From a virus, in IMG/VR virus record IMGVR_UViG_3300036770_005084, positions 64,001 to 128,000 of that record: a stretch of 64,000 nt of DNA. The stretch is one strand, 5' to 3'. Of the stretch, positions 18,341 to 26,371 are shown piece by piece (within the stretch, counting starts at the first letter, position 1; each line of letters opens with the position of its first letter). Under the pieces are notes generated by a model, which was not told the DNA's origin, made no database searches, and saw only the letters and a list, made by a program, of their open reading frames with translations. The translations under genes and the position numbers were made by a program.

Positions 18341-18490
18341 ATGGATCAACATACACGCAATAACTGGATTAAGATTAAGGAAACTTTTGAAAAATCTGGT
18401 AATACTGATAATATGTTTTATAAGAGAGCATGTGAAATAGTTAAAAGTGGTGTTGATCCAATGGAAAAATTTTTAAATTCAAAGAATTGA
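18341..18490 (+). CDS. Small hypothetical protein (49 aa, MDQHTRNNWIKIKE...FYKRAC)
   Basis: Translated by hand. Confidence 0.6.
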   Translation: MDQHTRNNWIKIKETFEKSGNTDNMFYKRACEIVKSGVDPMEKFLNSKN

Positions 18491-18515
18491 CATAATAATA
18501 TTTTTTTGTTATTAT
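18487..18515 (+). promoter_or_regulatory. sigma70-type promoter for tRNA-Ile and glycan cluster 1
   Basis: TTGACA-17nt-TATTAT. Confidence 0.7.
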
Positions 18516-18523
18516 TTTTATAT

Positions 18524-18595
18524 GGGACTGTTGCTTATTGGTTAAAGCCCACTGCTTATAACGGTGTGAACAGAGTTCAATTCTCTGCAGTCCTA
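18524..18595 (+). tRNA. tRNA-Ile (anticodon TAT)
   Basis: GGGACTG/CAGTCCT acceptor stem, CACTG-ctTATaa-CGGTG anticodon arm, CAGAG-TTCAATT-CTCTG T arm, discriminator A. Confidence 0.88.
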
Positions 18596-18664
18596 TTGTC
18601 TTGGGAAGACCTAAAACTCATCCTGGTGGAGCCAATGACCTAAAAATTTTAATCTAATTGATAT

Positions 18665-19714
18665 ATGGAACAATATAAAAAAACAGCACTAGTTCTTGGT
18701 GCTGGTGGTTTTATAGGAAGTCACATGGTTAAACGACTACGATCCGAAGGATATTGGGTTCGTGGTGTTGATTTAAAGTATCCAGAATTTTCTGAAACTG
18801 AAGCACATGAATTTGTAGTAGGGGATCTTAGAGATTACTCTTTTGCCGAAAGAGTAATTACATATAAAGGTCCTTATTCCAATTTTTATAACTTTGTTCC
18901 ATCAAAGTATATTGATACTTTTGATGAGATTTATCAATTTGCTGCTGATATGGGTGGAGCAGGTTTTGTTTTCAGTGGGGATAATGATGCTGATATTATG
19001 CATAATTCAGTAACGATTAACCTCAACATTCTTGATGCTCAAAGAAAACTAAACGACTTTAAAGATACAAATAAAACCAAGATTTTTTATTCTGGATCTG
19101 CATGTATGTATCCAGAACATAACCAATTAGATCCAGATAATCCTGATTGCCGTGAAGACTCAGCATACCCTGCTAACCCAGATTCTGAATATGGTTGGGA
19201 GAAACTGTTCTCAGAGCGGTTGTTTTTCTCTTATTCTCGTAATTATGGGATCCCTGTTCGGGTTGCTAGGTATCATAATATCTTTGGACCAGAAGGAACT
19301 TGGGAAGGAGGTAGAGAAAAAGCACCAGCAGCAATCTGTCGTAAAGTAGCATATCTTCCAGAGGAAGGTGGAGTGATTGAGGTTTGGGGTGATGGAAAGC
19401 AAACTAGATCTTTCTTGTATATTGATGAGTGTATTGAAGCAACACGAAGATTAATGGAATCGGACTTTGCTGGACCAGTTAATATTGGTTCTGAGGAAAT
19501 GGTAACTATTAATCAACTAGTAGATACTACTGCTAAAGTTGCTGGTAAGGAGGTAAAGAAAAGTCATATTGATGGTCCTCTCGGTGTTCGTGGACGTAAT
19601 TCAAATAACGATTTAATTAAGGACAAACTTAATTGGGAATATACCATGTCTCTTGAAGATGGAATTCTGAAAACTTATACTTGGATTAAGGAGCAGATTG
19701 ATGCTAGCATTTAA
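18665..19714 (+). CDS. NAD-dependent nucleotide-sugar epimerase, GDP-mannose 3,5-epimerase-like
   Basis: GAGGFIGSH, FAADMGGAGF, SACMYP, YGWEK, GGREKAPAAICRK, WGDGKQTRSF, GVRGRNS. Confidence 0.88.
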   Translation: MEQYKKTALVLGAGGFIGSHMVKRLRSEGYWVRGVDLKYPEFSETEAHEFVVGDLRDYSFAERVITYKGPYSNFYNFVPSKYIDTFDEIYQFAADMGGAGFVFSGDNDADIMHNSVTINLNILDAQRKLNDFKDTNKTKIFYSGSACMYPEHNQLDPDNPDCREDSAYPANPDSEYGWEKLFSERLFFSYSRNYGIPVRVARYHNIFGPEGTWEGGREKAPAAICRKVAYLPEEGGVIEVWGDGKQTRSFLYIDECIEATRRLMESDFAGPVNIGSEEMVTINQLVDTTAKVAGKEVKKSHIDGPLGVRGRNSNNDLIKDKLNWEYTMSLEDGILKTYTWIKEQIDASI

Positions 19715-20576
19715 TCATCTAGGTAGGTTAGGATATCTTGCTAATCAAATGTTTCAATATGCAGCAATTAAAGGAATTGCTGCATATAATGGTATAGAAT
19801 ATATGATTCCTGAAAATAGTCAGATGCAACTATTTGAAGGATTTAAAATGGAAAATGCTACTAAGCATAGAGGATTTTTGGGAGATGTATCTGTTCGTGA
19901 TGGTAGAGGTGCTCCAGTAGGATGTAACATTAGAGCAGAATCTGGATTTCATTTTGATGAAGAACTCTTTAAAAATCCTCCTTCAGATACTTCTTTGTAT
20001 GGATTTTTTCAATCTGAAAAATATTTTTCTAATATTTCTAATGAAATCGTAAAAGATTTTACCTTCAAGAATGAAATACTAGAACCTTGCATTGAGTTTA
20101 TTTCAAAGGTTACTTCTTTTTACGGCAAGACAGTATCACTTCATATTCGAAGAGGTGACTATTTAACAAATTCTGCAAATCATTACAATCTATCTTTAGA
20201 CTGGTATCAAAAAGCATTGGAAAAATTTCCAGAACATACGGTATTAATATTTTCTGATGATATCGAGTGGTGTAAAAATCAATCAATATTTGATGCCGAT
20301 AGATTTATGTTTTCGGAAACTAAAGATGGTAAGGTTGTAAGATTAGACGGTAGATGGGACAGTACAAATATGGATCACTGGTATGATCTATGTCTACAAT
20401 CTCTTTGTGATGATAATATTATTTCTAATAGTACATTTAGTTGGTGGGCAGCATATTTAAATCAAAACAAAGAAAAAGTTGTAGTATCACCTGACCCAAG
20501 CAAAATGTGGTTTGGTCCAAATAATGCACACCTAGATACAAAAGATTTAATACCTAGTGATTGGATTTTAGTGTGA
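19701..20576 (+). CDS. GT11 alpha-1,2-fucosyltransferase-like glycosyltransferase
   Basis: GYLANQMFQYA, GFFQSEKYF, HIRRGDY, FSDD, NSTFSWWAAYL. Confidence 0.9.
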   Translation: MLAFNHLGRLGYLANQMFQYAAIKGIAAYNGIEYMIPENSQMQLFEGFKMENATKHRGFLGDVSVRDGRGAPVGCNIRAESGFHFDEELFKNPPSDTSLYGFFQSEKYFSNISNEIVKDFTFKNEILEPCIEFISKVTSFYGKTVSLHIRRGDYLTNSANHYNLSLDWYQKALEKFPEHTVLIFSDDIEWCKNQSIFDADRFMFSETKDGKVVRLDGRWDSTNMDHWYDLCLQSLCDDNIISNSTFSWWAAYLNQNKEKVVVSPDPSKMWFGPNNAHLDTKDLIPSDWILV

Positions 20577-21280
20577 AAATATCAATAGCAGTACCAGCAT
20601 ATGAATATAATGGTCGTGGTGTAGAATTTCTTGATGATTTATTTCGAACAATCAAAATTCAAACTCATAAAAATTATGAAATTGTAATATCCGATCACAG
20701 TGTAGATAATAAAATTGAAGATTATTGTGAATATAATGAATACGATCTTCCAATAATTTACCATAGAAATTCTGAATATATTGGAAATGGTCCTCATAAT
20801 ACTAATACAGCAATAAGTTATTGTTCTGGGGATTTAATTAAAGTAATGTTTCAGGATGATTTCTTTTGGGATGATGAGGCATTAGAAAAAATAGAAAATG
20901 CAATTGGTTCAAAACAATGGATTGTTTGTGGAACTAATCATACTAATGATGATGGTCATAACTTTTTTTGGGAATTATATCCAAAATGGAATGATCGTTT
21001 TTTATATGGAGTTAATACCATTAGTTCACCTTCTGTGATTGCTTTTAAATCTGATACTAAAGTTAAATTTGATACTGAATTAACTATGTTAATGGACTGT
21101 GAGTTCTATTATCATATGAACTCTGTATATGGACAACCAGCATACTTAAATGATATACTAGTTTCAAATCGTTTACATTCTGATCAGATATCTCAAAAAA
21201 CTTCAAATTCAAATAATTATCAAAATATTATGAATTCTGAAATTAAATATTGCCTAGGAAAGCATAAAGTGAATCTATGA
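20561..21280 (+). CDS. GT2-family glycosyltransferase
   Basis: ISIAVPAY, EIVISDHS, MFQDD; real start may be GTG at about 20573. Confidence 0.8.
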   Translation: MDFSVKISIAVPAYEYNGRGVEFLDDLFRTIKIQTHKNYEIVISDHSVDNKIEDYCEYNEYDLPIIYHRNSEYIGNGPHNTNTAISYCSGDLIKVMFQDDFFWDDEALEKIENAIGSKQWIVCGTNHTNDDGHNFFWELYPKWNDRFLYGVNTISSPSVIAFKSDTKVKFDTELTMLMDCEFYYHMNSVYGQPAYLNDILVSNRLHSDQISQKTSNSNNYQNIMNSEIKYCLGKHKVNL

Positions 21281-21954
21281 AAATTGCTATAGTTACTGCA
21301 TCTATAGGAGCAAATTCTTTAAATACACCACCAGTTTGGGATGGGGTCGATTATCATGCTTTTGTCGATAAAAGATTATTGGGTCATCCAATATGGAAAA
21401 CTCATGAATATGTTAAATTTAGTTCTGATCCAGTTTATGCTAATCGTAGAAATGCAAAAATATATAAAGTTCTACCTCATCTAATTTTGCCTGGATATGA
21501 TTATTATTTTTGGATAGATTCTACTCATATCGTAGAAGAAAATCCTAAAGTTATAATTGAAAAATATTTAAGTGAAAGTGATATAGCAGTATTCAAACAT
21601 CCTTATAGAAACTGTGTATACGAAGAGGCAAATTTTATTGTCAATTTACAATATGATTATCCAAACTTGGTAGAGTCTCAGATGGAGTTTTATCAAGATA
21701 TGAATTATCCAAAGAACAATGGACTTTATGAGTTATCTTCAAGGGTTCAGAGAAATACTCCTGACATTCAACGAATGTCACTGATGTGGTGGGAACAATT
21801 ATGTATGTACTCGTCAAGAGATCAACTTAGTTTCCCATATTGTTTACATCAAGTTGGAATAACACCAACTATCCTACCTGGGAAATCAAGCACTCATAGG
21901 GGAAACAAGTTAATGCCAGAAATTGTACTATCAAATCATAATAGGAGATGTTAA
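21277..21954 (+). CDS. DUF616 / TOD1-MUCI70-like glycosyltransferase
   Basis: KIYKVLPH, YFWIDS, HPYRNCVYEEA, SSRDQLSFPY. Confidence 0.75.
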   Translation: MKIAIVTASIGANSLNTPPVWDGVDYHAFVDKRLLGHPIWKTHEYVKFSSDPVYANRRNAKIYKVLPHLILPGYDYYFWIDSTHIVEENPKVIIEKYLSESDIAVFKHPYRNCVYEEANFIVNLQYDYPNLVESQMEFYQDMNYPKNNGLYELSSRVQRNTPDIQRMSLMWWEQLCMYSSRDQLSFPYCLHQVGITPTILPGKSSTHRGNKLMPEIVLSNHNRRC

Positions 21955-22730
21955 TTATTATGTCTGAAAGAATAAGTTTTAATGAAAAAATACAATGGTC
22001 TATGGAAACGGATAGAAATCCATTGAAGACATATTGTACAGACAAGATTCAAGTAAAAGAATATGTAACTGATAAATTGAATGATTCTTTTATTCCTAAA
22101 GTTTATGTAATTGCAAATGATGTAAATGATCTTCTGCAAAAAGTTTCCGATTATGAAGATCACCCACAGACATGTTTAATTAAATCAAATAATGATTCTG
22201 GAGGTGTATGCTTTGTAAAAGATGGTGTTATTGAAGACCCTTCAAAACTTAATTTAGTTGAAAAGTATAAAGATTCCCCATTCGATGGTGTCTATAAAGG
22301 TGAATGGTTTTATAAGGATATTGAATATAAATGCTTCACCGAAGAATATCTTGGTGAAAATTTAATTGATTATAAATTTCATTGTTCTGGTGGTAAACCA
22401 AGATTCTGTCAGGTTATACGCGATAGAAATATTAAAAGGACTAATGAGGTTTGTGTTGACCTAAACGGAAATTGCTACGATTTTCATTTTGATATTAATT
22501 TTAAATTGGTAAAGGAATTTGAGAAACCTAAAAACTGGGATAGGATGATTGAAGTTGCCGAGATTTTATGTCAAGATTTTGATTATGTTAGGGTAGATAT
22601 GTATAATATAAATATTGAGGATTCAACTGACGAATCTATATTTGTTGGTGAATTGACTTTTGCCCCGATGTCTGGTGACTATAGGGGAGATGGACAAATT
22701 GAAGTAGGAAAATTATTACTAGGGATCTAA
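21948..22730 (+). CDS. TupA-like ATP-grasp amide ligase (glycan aminoacylation)
   Basis: FNEKIQW, DKIQVKEYV, KSNNDSG, DYKFHC, DYVRVDMY, GELTFAP. Confidence 0.82.
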   Translation: MLIIMSERISFNEKIQWSMETDRNPLKTYCTDKIQVKEYVTDKLNDSFIPKVYVIANDVNDLLQKVSDYEDHPQTCLIKSNNDSGGVCFVKDGVIEDPSKLNLVEKYKDSPFDGVYKGEWFYKDIEYKCFTEEYLGENLIDYKFHCSGGKPRFCQVIRDRNIKRTNEVCVDLNGNCYDFHFDINFKLVKEFEKPKNWDRMIEVAEILCQDFDYVRVDMYNINIEDSTDESIFVGELTFAPMSGDYRGDGQIEVGKLLLGI

Positions 22731-23290
22731 TGGCATCATTACAAAGAAAAGTTTTAGAAAAATATCCTAATAAGTACTTTGTTGAAACTGGAACTTGTTG
22801 GGGAGATACAGTACAACTAGCATTGGAATGTGGTTTTAAAAAAATTATAACCATGGAAATCAGTGCAGAAAAAGTAAAACACAACGAAGAAAGATTTTGT
22901 AAAGAAATTTCTGAAGGAAGGGTTGAGATATTTTATGGAGATACTGTAGATATATTTAAAGATGTTATTGCTGCAATAGATTCTCCGGCCACTTTTTGGT
23001 TAGATGCTCATTGGGATGATGGTCCGAAAGGAGAGTATCTTTGCCCTCTTCCAATCGAACTTGATATCCTAATAAATCATCCGATTAAAGAGCATACGAT
23101 TCTTATTGATGATAAAAGACTATTTGGTGTTCCAAATACAACTTGGGGACATACAATCGATTTAGATGGAATTATAGATCTTTTATATGATATTAATTCA
23201 AATTATACAATATCATATGAAGACGGATGTGTACCAAAAGACATTATTGTTGCAAAGATAAAAAATGAAAAATCTTTATATCCATTGTGA
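22730..23290 (+). CDS. Class I SAM-dependent methyltransferase-like protein
   Basis: FVETGTCWGDT, FWLDAH, ILIDD. Confidence 0.72.
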   Translation: MASLQRKVLEKYPNKYFVETGTCWGDTVQLALECGFKKIITMEISAEKVKHNEERFCKEISEGRVEIFYGDTVDIFKDVIAAIDSPATFWLDAHWDDGPKGEYLCPLPIELDILINHPIKEHTILIDDKRLFGVPNTTWGHTIDLDGIIDLLYDINSNYTISYEDGCVPKDIIVAKIKNEKSLYPL

Positions 23291-24125
23291 TGGAGGTTTT
23301 GGAAATAGATTTAATTCATTGATAGTTGGTTTATTAATATCTGAGGTTGGAAATTATAATCCTATTATATCTTGGCCATCTACAAATGTATGTAGAGCAA
23401 AATATTTTGAAATTTTTGAAGATTCTAAAATTAATAATTCTGATAGATTGGAAGAATATATTAAATCTATTGATGATCTTGAATTTGTAATGCATGAAGA
23501 TCAACTATCTTGGGGAATTTCATATACCCATCCAAATTCTTTTATATCAATTGATGATGTTGTAAATTTATATAATAAAAGTTCAAAATCTAAATTATTC
23601 TATTTTAATAATTTAATACCAGACTTTGCCAAATCCTCAAAACTTCTTTCTAAAGTATTGACGAGAATTAAATTTAAACAAGAATTTATTAATGAGGTTG
23701 AAGAATTTATTGAAAAAATTGGCAGTCCATTTATTGGTGTTCATTTGAGGGCAACTGATTTTTCAAGCAATGATAGAATAGACTTTAAAACTATCTATGA
23801 ATTTATTTTAAATAATGATCATCTTAAATTTTTTGTATGTTCTGATTCTAAAGATCTAGAAAATAAATTTTCTAAACTTGAAAATGTGATAGTTAAAGAA
23901 AAGAAAAACTACGTGGAAAAAATTGAAGATACTTATGATTGGAGAGGATCTCGTGGTTTCATTCAAGATGAATATGGTAAAAATTTAAGTTTTAATGTTG
24001 AGAGAAGTAATGATAGTGTGAAGGAAGCAATAATTGATTTGTTAATATTATCAAAGTCTGATATATTAAAGACATCAAATAGTACTTTTTTAGAAACAGC
24101 AATTTTATTGAAAGATTATGGATAA
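23265..24125 (+). CDS. GDP-sugar-dependent fucosyltransferase-like protein (GT23/NodZ/O-FucT-like)
   Basis: GGFGNRF, GVHLRATDF, FVCSD, AIIDLLILS...STF. Confidence 0.7.
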   Translation: MKNLYIHCDGGFGNRFNSLIVGLLISEVGNYNPIISWPSTNVCRAKYFEIFEDSKINNSDRLEEYIKSIDDLEFVMHEDQLSWGISYTHPNSFISIDDVVNLYNKSSKSKLFYFNNLIPDFAKSSKLLSKVLTRIKFKQEFINEVEEFIEKIGSPFIGVHLRATDFSSNDRIDFKTIYEFILNNDHLKFFVCSDSKDLENKFSKLENVIVKEKKNYVEKIEDTYDWRGSRGFIQDEYGKNLSFNVERSNDSVKEAIIDLLILSKSDILKTSNSTFLETAILLKDYG

Positions 24126-24906
24126 AAATAAATCACTATACAAACTTAAAAATTTTGGTCCTGTATATTATTTGAATCTTGATGATCAACCAGAAAGAAA
24201 ACAATATATGGAAGATCAATTCAAGTATTGGGAAATTGAAAACTATACTAGAATTTCTGCATATGATGGTAGAGACGATGATCTAAGTGAAATTATAAAA
24301 GGAAGATATCCTTCATCTATGACATCCGGTGAGATTGGATGTACTACTTCACACCTCAAAGCAATTAAGCATTGGTATGAAACATCAGACAGTCCATATG
24401 CAATAATAATGGAAGATGATTGTATGCTAGATCTTGCAAAGTTTTGGACATTTAACTGGAATGAATTTGTAAATAAATTGCCTTATGATTGGGATGTTGT
24501 TCAACTTGCAATTATTTGTACGGGGAATATTCATGTAAAACTTCATAAGAGATTTGTTAACGATTTTTCTACAGCATCTTATATGATAACCAGACATCAT
24601 GCGGAAAAACTATTAAAAAATCATGTGAGTGGTGATAAGTATAAGTTGGATAATGGTGTTAAACCAAGAGCAGTGGCAGATGATTTAATATATAATTCTG
24701 GCAATACTTTCAGTATCCCTTTATTTTTATATAAAATATCATTAGGATCCACAATTCATCCTGATCATATTGATACTTTCCATAAAAATAGTTATGATGG
24801 AATATTTAATTATTGGAAATCAAATGGACCAATGCTCAATATATCTGATCTAATGGATTATGATCCATATCTTGGAAGGATGACACTTCCCGGAAATGCC
24901 CCTTGA
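24118..24906 (+). CDS. GT25-family (LPS biosynthesis) glycosyltransferase
   Basis: YYLNLD...ERK, RISAYDG, GEIGCTTSH, IMEDD, WDVVQL. Confidence 0.88.
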   Translation: MDKNKSLYKLKNFGPVYYLNLDDQPERKQYMEDQFKYWEIENYTRISAYDGRDDDLSEIIKGRYPSSMTSGEIGCTTSHLKAIKHWYETSDSPYAIIMEDDCMLDLAKFWTFNWNEFVNKLPYDWDVVQLAIICTGNIHVKLHKRFVNDFSTASYMITRHHAEKLLKNHVSGDKYKLDNGVKPRAVADDLIYNSGNTFSIPLFLYKISLGSTIHPDHIDTFHKNSYDGIFNYWKSNGPMLNISDLMDYDPYLGRMTLPGNAP

Positions 24907-24931
24907 CAACCCATTGAATTTGATATATAGT
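24903..24931 (+). promoter_or_regulatory. sigma70-type promoter for the hli cluster
   Basis: TTGACA-17nt-TATAGT. Confidence 0.7.
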
Positions 24932-24956
24932 ATTGTTGTAAATCTTAACAAATTGA

Positions 24957-25151
24957 ATGACTGTAACAACTAATGATCGTGGTCAACAAAACATGTGGGC
25001 AAAAGAGCCTACCATGTATTACCACAATTATGGTATGCAAACCCCTAACGAATGGAAGGAGACATATAATGGGCGCTGGGCAATGGTCGGTTTTGTTTCT
25101 GGTCTTGTTTCTTATATGGTCACTGGTAATTTCTTCTTCGGGATCTTCTAA
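24957..25151 (+). CDS. hli: High-light-inducible protein with N-terminal extension
   Basis: ETYNGRWAMVGF chlorophyll-binding motif; N-terminal QQNMWAKEP. Confidence 0.88.
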   Translation: MTVTTNDRGQQNMWAKEPTMYYHNYGMQTPNEWKETYNGRWAMVGFVSGLVSYMVTGNFFFGIF

Positions 25152-25238
25152 ATGACCGAACTAATTTTTACTGTGACTAGTGTTGCATTTTTTGTGCTTC
25201 TTGCACATTCAATTAATAAACTATCTGATACATTTTAA
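25152..25238 (+). CDS. 28-aa hydrophobic peptide (MTELIFTVTSVAFFVLLAHSINKLSDTF)
   Basis: ATG directly after hli stop; single transmembrane-like helix. Confidence 0.55.
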   Translation: MTELIFTVTSVAFFVLLAHSINKLSDTF

Positions 25239-25249
25239 GGAGAACTATT

Positions 25250-25369
25250 ATGAAATTTGGTTTTACCCCTGAGGCAGAAATGCTCAACGCACGTCTAGCA
25301 ATGCTTGGTTTTGTCATTGCTGTTGGAACATATCTTACTACTGGGCAAATTATTCCCGGAGTACTTTGA
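25250..25369 (+). CDS. hli: High-light-inducible protein (39 aa, missing from ORF track)
   Basis: MKFGFTPEAEMLNARLAMLGFVIAVGTYLTTGQIIPGVL; AAGGAG SD upstream. Confidence 0.92.
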   Translation: MKFGFTPEAEMLNARLAMLGFVIAVGTYLTTGQIIPGVL

Positions 25370-25372
25370 GAT

Positions 25373-25403
25373 AAACCCTCACTAAATAGTGAGGGTTTTT
25401 TTT
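25373..25403 (+). terminator. Terminator with late-promoter motif CTAAATA across its loop
   Basis: AAACCCTCACT-aaat-AGTGAGGGTTT plus T run. Confidence 0.8.
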
Positions 25404-25406
25404 ATC

Positions 25407-25568
25407 ATGCCAAGAAATCATATAACAAAACAAGAAATAAAAACTTTTGTAGAAAAGTTAAAGACAGAACTATATAACTTAAATTATTATGGATATGGTG
25501 ATCCTAAAGAACTAGCACATAAATATCTCAATAAAGTTATGGATAAAATTCAAGAATATAGGGAGTAG
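25407..25568 (+). CDS. Small hypothetical protein (53 aa, MPRNHITKQEIK...AHKYLNKVMDKIQEYRE)
   Basis: Translated by hand; first gene of the lysis transcript. Confidence 0.65.
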   Translation: MPRNHITKQEIKTFVEKLKTELYNLNYYGYGDPKELAHKYLNKVMDKIQEYRE

Positions 25569-25571
25569 AAA

Positions 25572-26270
25572 ATGCAGATCGATCTACATAACTTCTTTAA
25601 ATACTATGACGAGAAGAATCCAAAGCACGTTGCTGCTGTTGAGCAACTAGAAAAGGATCTTCTCAATTCAGTTAGTAGTCTTATGGAAGATGATGCTAAC
25701 TGGGTTAGAATTTTTAGAAAAAAAGAAGTGATTCCAAAATCAAATATACTTGAAGTTCCTTTTTTCCCACAAACAGATAATTATAGGGATGCAAATAGAA
25801 CTTGTAATTCATCTGCTTGTGCAATGTGTCTTGAGTATTTTAGTCCAGGAACACTTAAAGGACCTAACGGTGATGATCAATATGTACAGAAGGTCTTTGC
25901 AATTGGTGACACCACAGACCATCTAGTACAGACTAAAGTTTTAAATTCATACGGAATTAAATCTACTTTCTCGTATACTCTTACTTTTGCAGATCTTGAT
26001 AGAGAGATTGCTTCTGGCAGACCTATTGTTATTGGAATTCTTCATCGAGGACCTATTTCCAATCCAACCGGAGGACACATGGTAGTTGTGATTGGTAAAA
26101 CTCCATCAGGTGACTATGTTGTAAATGATCCTTATGGTTCACTTAACGATGGTTATACTGGTGCAGTTACTAACGGCAAAGGTGCTATCTATAAAAAATC
26201 TGATTTATCCCGTAGATGGGTTCCTAATGGTAATGATGGTTGGGGAAGAATCTTTGACGTAAAAAAGTAG
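25572..26270 (+). CDS. C39-like cysteine peptidase (0-frame product; N-part of frameshifted endolysin)
   Basis: VPFFPQTDN...TCNSSACAM (Cys), GGHMVVVIG (His), VNDPYG (Asp). Confidence 0.85.
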   Translation: MQIDLHNFFKYYDEKNPKHVAAVEQLEKDLLNSVSSLMEDDANWVRIFRKKEVIPKSNILEVPFFPQTDNYRDANRTCNSSACAMCLEYFSPGTLKGPNGDDQYVQKVFAIGDTTDHLVQTKVLNSYGIKSTFSYTLTFADLDREIASGRPIVIGILHRGPISNPTGGHMVVVIGKTPSGDYVVNDPYGSLNDGYTGAVTNGKGAIYKKSDLSRRWVPNGNDGWGRIFDVKK

Positions 26271-26371
26271 AATCAACATCACAAAAAGTCCCTCAGTGTG
26301 GTGTTGATTTAATTAAAGAATTTGAGGGGTGTCACTTGAATGCTTATCCTGATCCATTAACTGGGGGACTT
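26242..26371 (+). promoter_or_regulatory. Programmed -1 ribosomal frameshift signal
   Basis: SD-like GGGGAAG (26242-26248), heptamer A AAA AAG (26261-26267), 13-bp hairpin 26271-26309, loop complementary to 26323-26328 and 26361-26371. Confidence 0.8.
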
